This document shows positions 25,143 through 36,365 of a stretch of 64,000 nucleotides of DNA, piece by piece. Under the pieces are notes generated by a model. That model had not been told where the DNA came from and searched no databases. It saw only the letters and a list, made by a program, of their open reading frames with translations. The stretch's first letter is position 1. Each line of letters begins with the position of its first letter. The DNA comes from Botryllus schlosseri (taxonomy: Eukaryota): assembly GCA_051294905.1 (NCBI GenBank), contig CM119371.1, positions 4,280,001-4,344,000 of the forward strand. The letters are read 5' to 3'. Made by a program: the position numbers and the translations under genes.

Positions 25143-25400
25143 TAAACCGAGAAGATAGCGTAATGGTGAAGCGTTCGTTTTCTTATTCGGTAGGTCGTGG
25201 GTTTGATCCTTGGCCTCGTCAGACCAAAGACCCGATTAGTAACACTGGTATCCATGACTTCCCTGCTTGGTGCTCATGCTATACTGGGATAGCATGGAGG
25301 GTTGGTGCAAGACTTACAATGCCGCAAAAGGCTATATCCTTGTCCAGCGGCATATATTTATATCATAAGTCGGTGTATATGCCACAAAACAGCAATCAAC
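25143..25400 (+). mobile_element. tRNA-derived SINE (core resembles Meta-type SINE domain)
   Basis: A-box-like TAGCGTAATGG, B-box-like GGTTTGATCC, then ACCAAAGAC..TGGTATCCATGACTTCCCTGCTTGGTGCTCA; absent from the homologous site at 47461-47470. Confidence 0.65.
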
Positions 25401-26072
25401 ACCAATCCGCATTTCTGAAGCTCCGATTCAAGTCATACAAAAAAGTTGACTAGAGTCTGACACGAGTCATCCCAACACTGATCAGAGCGAGGAAGTATTT
25501 CGGAAATTAGTTCAGAATTTTATTACCGGCCTAATCAGTGTAATTTGATAGCTATGATTGTCTAGTTGTCCTTGTCTGGTTAAGTGATAAATAGGGTTTA
25601 GTTTTGTAGTTGGGTTGGCGTATAATTAAGGTCAGGGTAAGGGTTACTGCTGCTTTCACAATACACTAAACTTAAACCACTCATGAACACCATGAATGTT
25701 GACATAGTCACATGGAACCGCGATTAGTGATGGTCATGTTGTTGTGCATTTGTTATTGGCGTAATTGAAGCTGTGCTCAATGTAAAATGATACATAATCT
25801 TCAGAGATGAATTGTCATAGACCTGAATTTTTATTTTATGTATACGGTTGGCTATGAATTGGGTGCAATCCAACCCTTATTATTCAGTTGTCAATTAATG
25901 ACTCCACTGACTATCATGATTGTTGTTCTTGCAGTAATGTGTATTGAGACAGCTTATAACGTACCATAGGTGTTTTGATGACGCTGTGCTTCTGACTGGA
26001 ACGACCAGCTACAAACTAGCAGGAAATATTTTTCTTTTCAACCTGTATAAAAGTAAAAATAGCACTGTTAAT

Positions 26073-27721
26073 CAGGCGCGTAGCCAGCCGAAATATATGG
26101 GAAGGGTTTGAAATGAAGAGGGCGGGGTTTCGATTTTTATAGCATCAATTCATTAGGGTTAAGTAGTGCGTAAATGACGATTTTACAACCGCCTCGCGTT
26201 GACGAACTTACGCGTATGATAAGCTTGTCAACGTGTCCGGGAAGTGCTGTTAATTAGCGAGTCCCTGATCTCTCGCGAACAATTGAATATGCGAGCTTTC
26301 TCAACGCGTGTTACGCGCATATCAACGGCAACGCATATTATGTAACCTCGGCGACGATTTGCACAAGTCAAAATGTCCGAGTTGTTATGGAATCAGTTCT
26401 ATAATGGCACCGATTTCAGGTGGTTCAATTTCAAACCTTTCTCATCTTTTATAACTCAAGCATTGACACACATCTTCCGATGGTTATGTTCAAGTATTAG
26501 CGAAAATAAATCAAGTATGTACGCACGTACATGTTTGAGGTCGATTGCGGACATTCGATGTCATTCAGTTTAGCGATGTCACTCTTTAATCACAATCGCA
26601 AATCCGCATACAATCCATCGAGAGATAGGAGCCAAAGCATGCCAGGCCTGAGACGCGATCGTTAGGCTAGCGATGATATATTTCCTATCAGGCATATTGC
26701 GGATGCGATTGTTGTGTAAGCCAACGATGATATGGTGCGGGACAGGCAAAGCAGATGCGATTGTGCAGGCGATGGTATAGTTCGCACCGGGCCTATTGCA
26801 GATGCGGTTCTTCAAGCCAGTAGAACTAGGCTTGTTAGAGACGTGATAAATCAGGCTAGCAACGATTGCCGAGCGCGCGCCAATCGATGACTTAATTTCG
26901 CAATAATCTCAGCGAGATCGATTCTCGTTAGTTTTTGCCGTGCCGATGATTGCGAAATTAAGTCATCAGTTGGCGTGCGCTCGGCAATCGTTTCTAGCCT
27001 GATTTATCACGTCTCTAACAAGCCTAGTTCTACTGGCTTGAAGAACCGCATCTGCATTAGGCCCGGCCAATTAGCCGCGGCCGCGCGCAAGCCTGGCCTG
27101 GCTGTGTTAAAGGATTTTAGCAAAAATATGTTAGCGTAGATTGAAGAATACCGTTTGAATACAGTGTTCTTCAGATAACCTGTTGCTATTTCTTTGTTAA
27201 TATTAAGCCGTCAAATTGTAAATCAAAGTTGCGTTGCCGTGTATCGGTGAATGCGTGAGATTAAGTATCCAATTGTTGAAGCATATACCCAATAGAGTTC
27301 TAGATTTGATGAGATCGCGGACCACGCGACAATTATGAATTACGCGTCGCCAGTCAGGTGAATACTGCGATACATCCGATATTATTAATACTGATTACGC
27401 GCGTTCGTAAAAGCGACGCGACGAGTTGTAGCTGCACTGTGACTGTGATTACATTATACGATATAATGACCTTGTCTTCCTTGCACGCACGAGAAAAAAA
27501 GCCCTCTCTCGTCTACTGTGCACACGAGAGAAGACGCGAGAAAAAGGCCATCATATAAATCGGTCATATCATTGCGCAAGAGCGTGCTGCAAATTAGCTA
27601 GTGCTACCGACCTACGAAATATTGAAATGCATCGAGAGGGGTCTCGCGTAAATGGAAGGGGTTTCGCGTTTCAAAAGTCGGGGGTTCCGACCCCCGAACC
27701 CCCCCCCTGGCTACGCGCCTG
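26073..27721. mobile_element. Non-autonomous hAT-like element with internal hairpin
   Basis: TIR CAGGCGCGTAGCCAG, perfect TSD CTGTTAAT; CpG-rich interior. Confidence 0.9.
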
Positions 27722-28310
27722 CTGTTAATGTGAACCTTATTACTGAGAAAACTACTGCAGGGCATATTCATTGAAGCCGCTCAATGTTCATGGTCACAGG
27801 TACATCTTTGATGGTTCTTGGAAAATTTCCGTAATTCATTTGTAAATATGCGCCATTGTCACTCAGCGTTGTGTTTTTTCTCGTGTTATGAATGGTTTGT
27901 AATTGAAATGATCGAAACTTTCGATATAACAATAGTTCTCTTGAAGATATCCGACTACATTAAACAAGAAGACTACATTGTAACGTACCATAATGATTTT
28001 CACTCTCATTGATGAAGTCATTTCCATGCTATTGCTAGTTTTGTATGTTGTACTATATCTCGTTATGGCTACAATCTTAAATTGCACTTAGTTTAAAGTA
28101 GTTCCACACTTTCATGCATTGCAGGTGTGGCGTACTATGATTGAACTAAGATCATATGCTGAAATGGGGAAAATCTGAGGGTCTTTTCTCTAGTGTCATA
28201 GAGAAAAGCCTGCAGTGAATCCAGTACCAACTATTGACCACGGCCTGAAAGAACTATGATTCGATATATATTGGAAAGCATTTACAGGGAATAGTAACCT
28301 CAAGCATCAA

Positions 28311-29786
28311 ATGGATATGCATGCTGGCATCAAAAATGTTGAATGTGATGTATGTGGTAAAGCATTCACTAAGAAGAGTCACCTCAAGATGCATATGGAT
28401 AAGCATGCTGGAATCAAAAATCATACATCTGCTATATGTGGTAAAGCATTCACTCGGAAGGGTACCCTCAAGTTGCATATGAATAAGCATGCTGGAGGCA
28501 AAAATCATGCCTGTGCTATATGTGGTAAAGCATTCACTGAGAAAGGTACCCTCAACCATCATATGGATATGCATGCTGGCATCCGAAATCATGTTTGTGA
28601 TATATGTGGGAAAGCATTCACTCAAAAGGGTACCCTCAAGCATCATATCGATATGCACGCTGGCATCCGAAATCATGTTTGTGATATATGTGGGAAAGCA
28701 TTCACCATGAAGGGTCATCTCAAGCGTCATATGGATAAGCATCCTGGAATCAAAAATCAAACCTGTGCTATATGTGGTAAAGCATTCATTCGGAAGGGTA
28801 CCCTCAAGTTGCATATGAATAAGCATGCTGGAGGCAAAAATCATGCCTGTGCTATATGTGGTAAAGCATTCACTGAGAAAGGTACCCTCAACCATCATAT
28901 GGATATGCATGCTGGCATCCGAAATCATGTTTGTGATATATGTGGGAAAGCATTCACTCAGAAGGGTACCCTCAAGCATCATATGGATATGCATGCTGGC
29001 ATCCGAAATCATGTTTGTGATATATGTGGGAAAGCATTCACCCGGAAGGGTCATCTCAAGCGTCATATGGATAAGCATGCTGGAATCAAAAATCATGCAT
29101 GTGCTATATGTGGTAAAGCATTTACTCGGAAGGGTACCCTCATATTGCATATGAATAAGCATGCTGGAATCAAAAATCATACCTGTGCTATATGTGATAA
29201 AGAGTTCACTGAGAAGAGTACCCCCAAGCTTCATATGGATATGCATGCTGGCATCCGAAGTCATGTTTGTGATATATGTGGGAAAGCATTCACTCGGAAG
29301 GGTACCCTCAAGTTGCATATGGATAAGCATGCTGGAGGCAAAAATCATGATTGTGCCATATGTGGTAAAGCATTCACTCGGAAGGGTACCCTCAAGTTGC
29401 ATATGGATAAGCATGCTGGAATCAAAAATCACGCATGTGCCATATGTGGTAAAGCATTCACTGAGAAGGGTTCCCTCAAGCTTCATATGGATATGCATGC
29501 TGGCATCCGAAATCATGTTTGTGATATATGTGGGAAAGCATTCATTATGAAGGGTCACCTCAAGCTTCATATGGATAAGCATGCCGGAATCAAAAATCAT
29601 ACATGTGCTATATGTAGTAAAGCATTCACTCGGAAGGGTACCCTCAAGCTGCATATGAATATGCACGCTGGTATCAAAAATCATGTTTCTGATATATGCG
29701 GGAAAGCATTTACTGTGAAGGGCCACCTCAAGGAACATATGGATATGCATTCTGGTACCAAATTTCATGATTGTGATATACCGTAA
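28311..29786 (+). CDS. C2H2 zinc-finger array of 17 fingers (2 lack the first Cys); 5' part degraded, 3' end truncated, possibly a pseudogene
   Basis: Exact 28-aa/84-bp period CxxCGKAFTxKGxLKxHMDxHAGIKNH; candidate acceptor at 28124 is followed by an in-frame TGA; ORF stops mid-finger (CDI). Confidence 0.75.
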   Translation: MDMHAGIKNVECDVCGKAFTKKSHLKMHMDKHAGIKNHTSAICGKAFTRKGTLKLHMNKHAGGKNHACAICGKAFTEKGTLNHHMDMHAGIRNHVCDICGKAFTQKGTLKHHIDMHAGIRNHVCDICGKAFTMKGHLKRHMDKHPGIKNQTCAICGKAFIRKGTLKLHMNKHAGGKNHACAICGKAFTEKGTLNHHMDMHAGIRNHVCDICGKAFTQKGTLKHHMDMHAGIRNHVCDICGKAFTRKGHLKRHMDKHAGIKNHACAICGKAFTRKGTLILHMNKHAGIKNHTCAICDKEFTEKSTPKLHMDMHAGIRSHVCDICGKAFTRKGTLKLHMDKHAGGKNHDCAICGKAFTRKGTLKLHMDKHAGIKNHACAICGKAFTEKGSLKLHMDMHAGIRNHVCDICGKAFIMKGHLKLHMDKHAGIKNHTCAICSKAFTRKGTLKLHMNMHAGIKNHVSDICGKAFTVKGHLKEHMDMHSGTKFHDCDIP

Positions 29787-29806
29787 TTTCCCATGTATAA
29801 TAACGC
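29781..29806. mobile_element. Probable Tc1/mariner-pogo-type terminus truncating the ZF array
   Basis: TA|CCGTAATTTCCCATGTATAATAACGC begins exactly where finger periodicity ends; the opposite end was not found. Confidence 0.45.
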
Positions 29807-30434
29807 CCTAGTGAGGCTTGCGACGCGATAGCTCAGACCAGCGACGATATCGTGTGCACGATCCCTATTACAAATGCAATTGCTCTGGTCAACAATTAGG
29901 CTTATATCTTGAGCACATATCCTGTTGTAGATGCGATTGTTCAGACCTGTCGTTGACGCTATAAATTAGCGAGAATTGCTAGCGCGTGTAGCACTGTTCT
30001 CCTCGCTATTTGACATCGCACAACACTTATAATACGAATTACTGGGCACGGTAGCTGAATGTGATGCGGGATTGACAACAAACATGTAGAAAGGTGTGAT
30101 TTCAAGTTTTATTTCGAAAGAGATTTTTTCAAGACTTCTGCCAATGCGTAATGTGCATCCCTCGTTTTTGGGACAAGAAATCGGTAAAATTTTGCGCATT
30201 ATGATACTCATGCAACCTATTGCATTACCAATGGCCAATATGAAAGAGATAACTTTTTGTTCTACATTTTTTGAGTATTGATGTTCAGTTGTCTTGTTGA
30301 CAAGCGTTCTACATTTCTCAAATATCGTTGAATAATTTGTTGCGCCTATAGCAGACGATATATATAAACGTAAGACCTTGGTAGCTTTCACACTTTATTT
30401 AACGTCCACTTGCGAATGAATATAACTTTATTAG

Positions 30435-30476
30435 TTACACGAGCTTTCAGAGCGCCGCTCCTTCATCAGGTGTCAA
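30435..30476 (-). ncRNA. Minimal type I hammerhead ribozyme motif (inverted LTR copy)
   Basis: Reverse complement reads TTGACAC-CTGATGA-A-GGAGCGGCGCTCT-GAAA-GC-TC-GTGTAA. Confidence 0.7.
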
Positions 30477-31119
30477 AGCGAAAGTAACGCTAAAAGAGCA
30501 ACGCAAAAATATTCTCAATTTGAACATATGCATATTATGACATCATAGGGAATGAGAAATTCTAGATTCCGAAGTCGCGTACTCTATGACGTCATAGACA
30601 CAAATATCAAGTTTTGTTTTGAAATGCAAATAGTGAGGTGTGTGCCTAAAATCGGATTGGATAAGGTGTTTATATGCTAATTTGAAAAGAACAAAAGGTG
30701 ATAAGTCAAGCATTCATGGTATAGTGAGACATACTTCCACTATCTATATTCAGCCCTTGTCGGAAAGTATCAAATTTGTCGATATATTTTTGTTCTGTAG
30801 CCTTGCGGGGAGTAGCGTCTTCCATGTTCCCGACCAATACATTGATAGTCATGTCGCTCTCCGAGTGCCCAGCGGAAGAAAAATGATCACCGACAGGCTT
30901 CGATTTGTTACCTTTCGAGATATCATGTCGGTGACCAACTGACCATTTACTCTCTTGTGGAGAGGTTGACTGGTTTCTCCTACGTACCATGCATTCATAC
31001 ATCCTTTTCGACAGCGAATCAAATATACGACATTACTTGATTTACAAGTAAAATGGCCTTTGATGTTGTGCCGGGCGGGTCCTCTTGTAATCACGGTGCT
31101 GTGATTGAGAATAGCACAC

Positions 31120-32791
31120 ACAAAACGATTAAAGAAAATTATAAAATGTTTGGATATGGAAGAAGACGAGAAATCAAAGATCAATATCCCGTCTGATCCC
31201 TCTCTTGGCCGCTTCTATCGTCTAACGAAATTGCACAAAGACAATATTCCTGGACGCCCCATCGTGTCATGCAACAAAACTCGAACGGAAGACGTATCCG
31301 GATACGTGGAAAAACACCTTAAACCATTGGTGAAAAGCACACCAAGTTTTTGTCGTTACACGACGGAATTTTTGAACAAACTCATGAATGTCAATCACTT
31401 AGTATCAGGAACGATATTAGTCACCATGGACGTGTCATACCTGTATACAAGTATTCCTCATAAGGATGGCATGGAGGCTGTGGAGAGATGTCTTGCAGAA
31501 ATTGGACATCCATTAAAGAAAAGCATCATGGAACTTATCGGCTTCACTTTAACTCACAACACGTTCGAATTCAACGAAGAGATCTTTCTACAGCTTCAAG
31601 GAACATCAATGGGCACGAAATTTGCTCCGCAATACCCAAATCTTTTCATGCATCATTTTGAGGACGATTTCATGGAGACACAAACATTGCGGCCAATATT
31701 TTATACAAGATACATCGACGACATTTTCATGATATGGACCCATGGAGAACAGTCACTGAAAAAGTTTCATGATTCAATAAACGAAATTCACCCTAACATT
31801 CGTCTGACCATGGAGAGCTCGATGACTGCAGTTGCATTCCTCGACACGCTTGTCAACATCGAAGAAGGTCGCATTTTCACGTCACTCTACCGTAAACCAA
31901 CGGACTCTGGTAAGATTTTAAACTACCACAGTTTCCATCCAATACACTGTAAAAAGGAATAGTCTACAGCAAAACCCTTCGAATTCATAAAATTTGCTTG
32001 AAGAAAGAGGACAAAAATGAACATTTGGAAGTTTTGAAACACGAACTATCAAATCTGGCTACGATCAACAGCCACTAAGGAATCAAATAAAAAGGGCCCT
32101 CAATGTACCACGAGAAAAGCTTGATTGCAGTCGAAATCACAATGAGGAAACACAAGATCGCAGAGTGCCGCTGGTCACTACTTATTTCCCGGGAGCAGAA
32201 AAGATCCGTAAGATTTTACAAGAACATCCGCTAATACTAATCAACGATCCGAAATGCAATGAAGTATTCCCGAGAAGACCTATTTTAGCCATCCGGCAAC
32301 CACGCAACTTGCGTAACTGTTTGCTAAATAGTAGGCTACCTCGGTCAAGACGAGAAAATGGTGTGGAAAATTGCGGACAGCCATCATGCAAGACGTGTGC
32401 TATTCTCAATCACACCGTGATTACAAGAGGACCCGCCCGGCACAACATCAAAGGCCATTTTACTTGTAAATCAAGTAATGTATATTTGATTCGCTGTCGA
32501 AAAGGATGTGCGAATGCATGGTACGTAGGAGAAACCAGTCAACCTCTCCACAAGAGAGTAAATGGTCACCGACATGATATCTCGAAAGGTAACAAATCGA
32601 ACATGTCGGTGATCATTTTTCTTCCGCTGGGCACTCGGAGAGCGACACGACTATCAATGTATTGGTCGGGAACATGGAAGACGCTACTCTCCGCAAGGCT
32701 ACAGAACAAAAATATATCGACAAATTTGATACTTTCCGACAAGGGCTGAATATAGATAGAGGATGTATGTCTCACTACACCATGAATGCTT
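31120..32791 (+). pseudogene. Frameshifted RT plus GIY-YIG endonuclease ORF of the Penelope-like element
   Basis: ORFs 31105-31962 and 32165-32749 are consecutive domains separated by frameshifts. Confidence 0.85.
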
Positions 32792-33030
32792 GACTTAACA
32801 CCTTTTGTTCTTTTCAAATTAGCATATAAACAGTAAACACCTTATCCAATCCGATTTTAGGCACACACCTCACTATTTGCATTTCAAATCAAAACTTGAT
32901 ATTTGTGTCTATGGCGTCATAGAGTACGCGACTTCGGAATCTAGAATTTCTCATTCCCTATTAATGTCATAATATGCATATGTTCAAATTGAAAATATTT
33001 TTGCGTTGCTCTTTTTGCGTTACTTTCGCT

Positions 33031-33072
33031 TTGACACCTGATGAAGGAGTGGCGCTCCGAAAGCTCGTGTAA
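33031..33072 (+). ncRNA. Minimal type I hammerhead ribozyme motif in the PLE 3' LTR
   Basis: ACAC-CTGATGA-A-GGAG(TGGCG)CTCC-GAAA-GC-TC-GTGT: catalytic core, stems I and II, palindromic AGCT in place of stem III, followed by AATAAA. Confidence 0.75.
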
Positions 33073-33491
33073 TTAATAAAGTTATATTCATTCGCAAGTG
33101 GACGTTAAATAGAGTGTGAAAGCTACCAAGGTCTTACCTTCAAATATCGTTGTGATCCGTTATCGTTTGTGTGAAGATCTTACAGACATTGCTATAGCTA
33201 GTAATTGTTTAGTTTAGCCTGTATAGTGGTAGTTCTGTCTGTCTGATTCTTCAGTAATTTTCACCGATGTAAATGTGGAAAGCCAATCTGATTCCGATAA
33301 AATATATTGAATGAGTTGCTTCGGAATCAAATTCATTGCGTTGTGTTTTCGTTAGTCACTGATTTTCAAATGTCATTCGTTTTGATTTAGTTGTGCAGTT
33401 TAAACATCCAGTAGTTTGTATAAGTCTGGTGCCAGCATGTTAATGTACGACATTTCATTTTGCAGATTGATTTGGATTTGATTTCACGATT

Positions 33492-34484
33492 ATGTCTGAA
33501 CAAGTATACTTTGCGACGAACGAGATCGCCGAATGCATGTGTGATGACTAGGGCGGTGTTTTTTGACATGTCAAAATTTGTCAAAATTGTTCATTGAGTC
33601 AAAAATTTTTCGACGTCTGCATTTCGTTTGTATCGTAGATTTTGCACTGTCGATGAACATATGATTCACAAGTTTTCGCTTTTATAGGCCTACCGTTGTA
33701 AACGGCTAATTGTCTGCTCATTGTGAATCATAATCGGTCAAATAAAACAAATATGTGGACGTGGAATTATGGTCAACGTACCGCAATATCCTAACTGAAG
33801 AAAGACTTCTTGGGCATTGCATCATTCTTATATCAAAAAGCGCGTGATGGAAAACTGTGATGTAGACAACATTGTCAGAATGAAGCAACACGGTTTGTCA
33901 CCAGCAGAGTACGCACAACTTGAGTGTTGTCAGCCGGCAACTGCTGCTGTTGAACGTCCTTGGCAAGTTTCTTAAGGATATGCACTTTCTACCCAAGATG
34001 TAGGAAAGTATCTTTCGTTGTACTACAATTTTTTAAAATTATTTCTACCATAATACGTTTTGTAACCACTAGAATTCTTCATAGGGCCAGATTTCGTTAA
34101 AATATTGGTTTTTTCATTAAAAAAGTTCCCCGTTTTATAAGCCAGAAACGCTTTTCCAGGCCAAAGTAACTCGTTAGGACTGCCAGTTCCAACCAGAAAT
34201 GAAGACAAGTGGTACAATTTTAACATGTGGGGAAAACACTTAATTTGCATACGTTAGGTCAAAATTTGGTCAAAATTCAGTTTGTTTATGTCAAAGAAAA
34301 TCAAGATTTGTATTTTCCAAGTCAAAATTTTCCTTTTTTAAGTCAGAAAAAACCGCCCTAGTGATGACTCTACCGGGAACCATACACGAGAGGTCCGTTT
34401 CATGGCAGAGGCGGATTTGCCAAATGCTTTGAAGTCACTGGTGTCAGAACAAAACAAGCTTTCGCTTGTTAAAATGTGCCATAG
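33492..34484 (+). pseudogene. PLK1: PLK1-like e1 split by a hAT MITE (33492-33548 + 34369-34484)
   Basis: MSEQVYFATNEIAECMCDD[insert]STGN/YTRGPFHGRGGFAKCFEVTGVRTKQAFAC*NVP*|gtgagt. Confidence 0.9.
33549..34360. mobile_element. Non-autonomous hAT (Ac-like) element inserted in PLK exon 1
   Basis: TIRs TAGGGCGGT / ACCGCCCTA, perfect TSD GTGATGAC. Confidence 0.9.
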
Positions 34485-34940
34485 GTGAGTCGTTTTTATC
34501 GACACTTTGGAATCTGTGTGAATGATTAGATTTGTCACATGCACTGATACCATTTTGTAAAGACTCTTGTGTAAACAAATAGGGTAAAGAACTTGCAAGT
34601 TGCAAGTTTTTATAACTAGAGCTAGCCCGATTTCGGGTTTTATGCCAATACCGATGAAACTGATACCAAGCAGTAAGCACCTTCACCGATAACCTCAATA
34701 TTCTTCTAGATTAGGCCACATTTTCAAAAATACAACAGCTTTACAGTCATTGTTATGACTGGACATGAAATAAACTAGAAAGGCTGCAGAAATTGTGGCC
34801 ATGCAGAAATTGTCAACATTTTTTGCCTCTCATTGCCGGTACCAGTATATTTTTTAAAGTGTGATGTCGATACGATGTTATTGGCAAACGTATCGTGAAC
34901 CAGGCAGTAAATGCGAGCATTAATTTGGCGTTCCTTCCAG

Positions 34941-34979
34941 GCACTTCTTTTGAATAAGCATCAGAAAGACAAAATGTGG
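34941..34979 (+). pseudogene. PLK1: PLK1-like e2 5' fragment
   Basis: ttccag|ALLLNKHQKDKMW, then jumps into downstream-intron sequence. Confidence 0.65.
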
Positions 34980-35568
34980 CGATGGTGGCGATTGCATCAG
35001 CTCCGTCACGTTTATTCCTAGCAGACTCTGACAACTAGATAATTATTGTGGTCTAATTAGACTAATTATATCCGACTGCCGGTAATTCAATTATAACCTA
35101 ACTTGTGAAATATTACTTGCTCTCATTTTAATTCCAATCTCATTTTGCTGTTCCTGAAAATGTTGCAGAATTGTACCATGCGAAACGAGCCATGCTTGGT
35201 TTGCAGACATTTGCTATTATCGTGTCGAGTAGCGGGACATGTTTTTTTTAGTACTGAAATGATATGATCCTTGCTACAAGAGGGTAAAGGATTAACAATG
35301 AACTGATCAGAGTTAATTTACTAATGAGAATTAAAGTTTCGATATTATTTCTCAGTGCGGAAATCTGTAAACCGCGATGGGCTGTATCGCTGCATACAAA
35401 ACATGTCACGGTGTCAAATCAATCTGTGACGTCATGGATATTGCCGATATCTTTTCCCTCGTGGCTGATATCGATATTTCTCTCAAAGTCAGTACGATAT
35501 TATTGGCGAACTTATACTGGGCCGCGCTTTGATTACAAGCATCAATTTTGTGTGAATTTCAGCTTCAG

Positions 35569-35686
35569 GTGCTACTCTAGAATGAGCATCTTGAAGACAA
35601 AATGTATCAAGAGATCAGTCTCCATTGCGGTGTGAATCACAACCACATCATTGAATTTCACGGACAAAGATTTTGTCCAGATCGTA
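35569..35686 (+). pseudogene. PLK1: PLK1-like e2 copy
   Basis: cag|VLL*NEHLEDKMYQEISLHCGVNHNHIIEFHG/DKDFVQIV. Confidence 0.85.
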
Positions 35687-36172
35687 ATTTGGAATAAAAA
35701 CTGTAGCTATAATTCTAATTGTAATCTAGTTTGGAAATACCGAAAATTAAACTATTATCACTAGGGCTGGGAACAATGATCTCAGTACCGTACCGTAATC
35801 AAATCTGGATCAATATATTGTTTGTGGTCCCATAGAAGGTAGGCCTACATATGTCAAATTTCAACCTCATTCATACTGCTTTGATGTCATAATGAGTGAT
35901 ACTTGAATACTCGACTCCAAGCCTAATACCGTACTGTATTCTGAATAGAATCACTCAGGTATTCACATTTTCCCTGCGTATGACAACTCTGATATCAAAA
36001 CGGCAGCCTGAAATGAACTTTCTGATTTATAAGGTTCACGGCGTCTGCAAAATTTGTTGTTGAATTTTACCAGCCGGCTAGCTCCAGAAGGTTTTGAACC
36101 ACTGATTTATATGTTCCGGCAAATAATATTGTCAATCTATCTGTCCGATTTACATTTGATTTTTGTTGTCAG

Positions 36173-36298
36173 TCGCTGATGGAAGTTTACAAAAGAAGAC
36201 GCCTCATCACAGAACCAGAGACTCGTTATTACAGGCAACAGATTCTGCTTGGAGTTGTTTACCTTCACGATTGTAAGATCATTCACACGGAAATTAAG
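36173..36298 (+). pseudogene. PLK1: PLK1-like e3 copy (open frame)
   Basis: cag|SLMEVYKRRRLITEPETRYYRQQILLGVVYLHDCKIIHTEIK|gt; 126 nt. Confidence 0.9.
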
Positions 36299-36365
36299 GT
36301 AATATTGCTTGCAGTGGTGACAGGATTGTAGAAACTACTGAATTTTTTCAATATTCATAATTGGA

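Larger units (their letters stand above)
23488..25480. mobile_element. CAGTGTTGGG-ended MITE carrying a nested hAT element and a SINE
   Basis: TIRs CAGTGTTGGG / CCCAACACTG; colinear with the uninterrupted copy at 46661-47603; imperfect TSD ATTTGAGC/ATCAGAGC. Confidence 0.75.
30331..33139 (+). mobile_element. Penelope-like retroelement (Neptune-like), 5'-truncated, with inverted pseudo-LTR
   Basis: RT (PGRPIVS, MDVSYLYTSIP, QGTSMGT, RYIDD), Cys-rich linker CGQPSCKTC, GIY-YIG VYLIRC..WYVGET; 30370-31119 is the reverse complement of 32395-33137; 13-bp TSD TCAAATATCGTTG at 30318 and 33140. Confidence 0.92.

Noticed and set aside
25143..25225. tRNA gene
   Set aside because: No convincing cloverleaf or acceptor stem, and it continues into a SINE body
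28254..29768. 504-aa antisense ORF and alternative-frame ORFs over the ZF arrays (also within 55603-56642)
   Set aside because: Shadow ORFs caused by the stop-free 84-bp repeat; no independent evidence of coding
29966..30391. 141-aa ORF as a transposase fragment
   Set aside because: No recognisable motif, and it starts inside the Penelope terminus
30640..31184. ORFs in the left arm of the Penelope element as separate genes
   Set aside because: They are the inverted duplicate of the endonuclease/LTR region or its antisense frames
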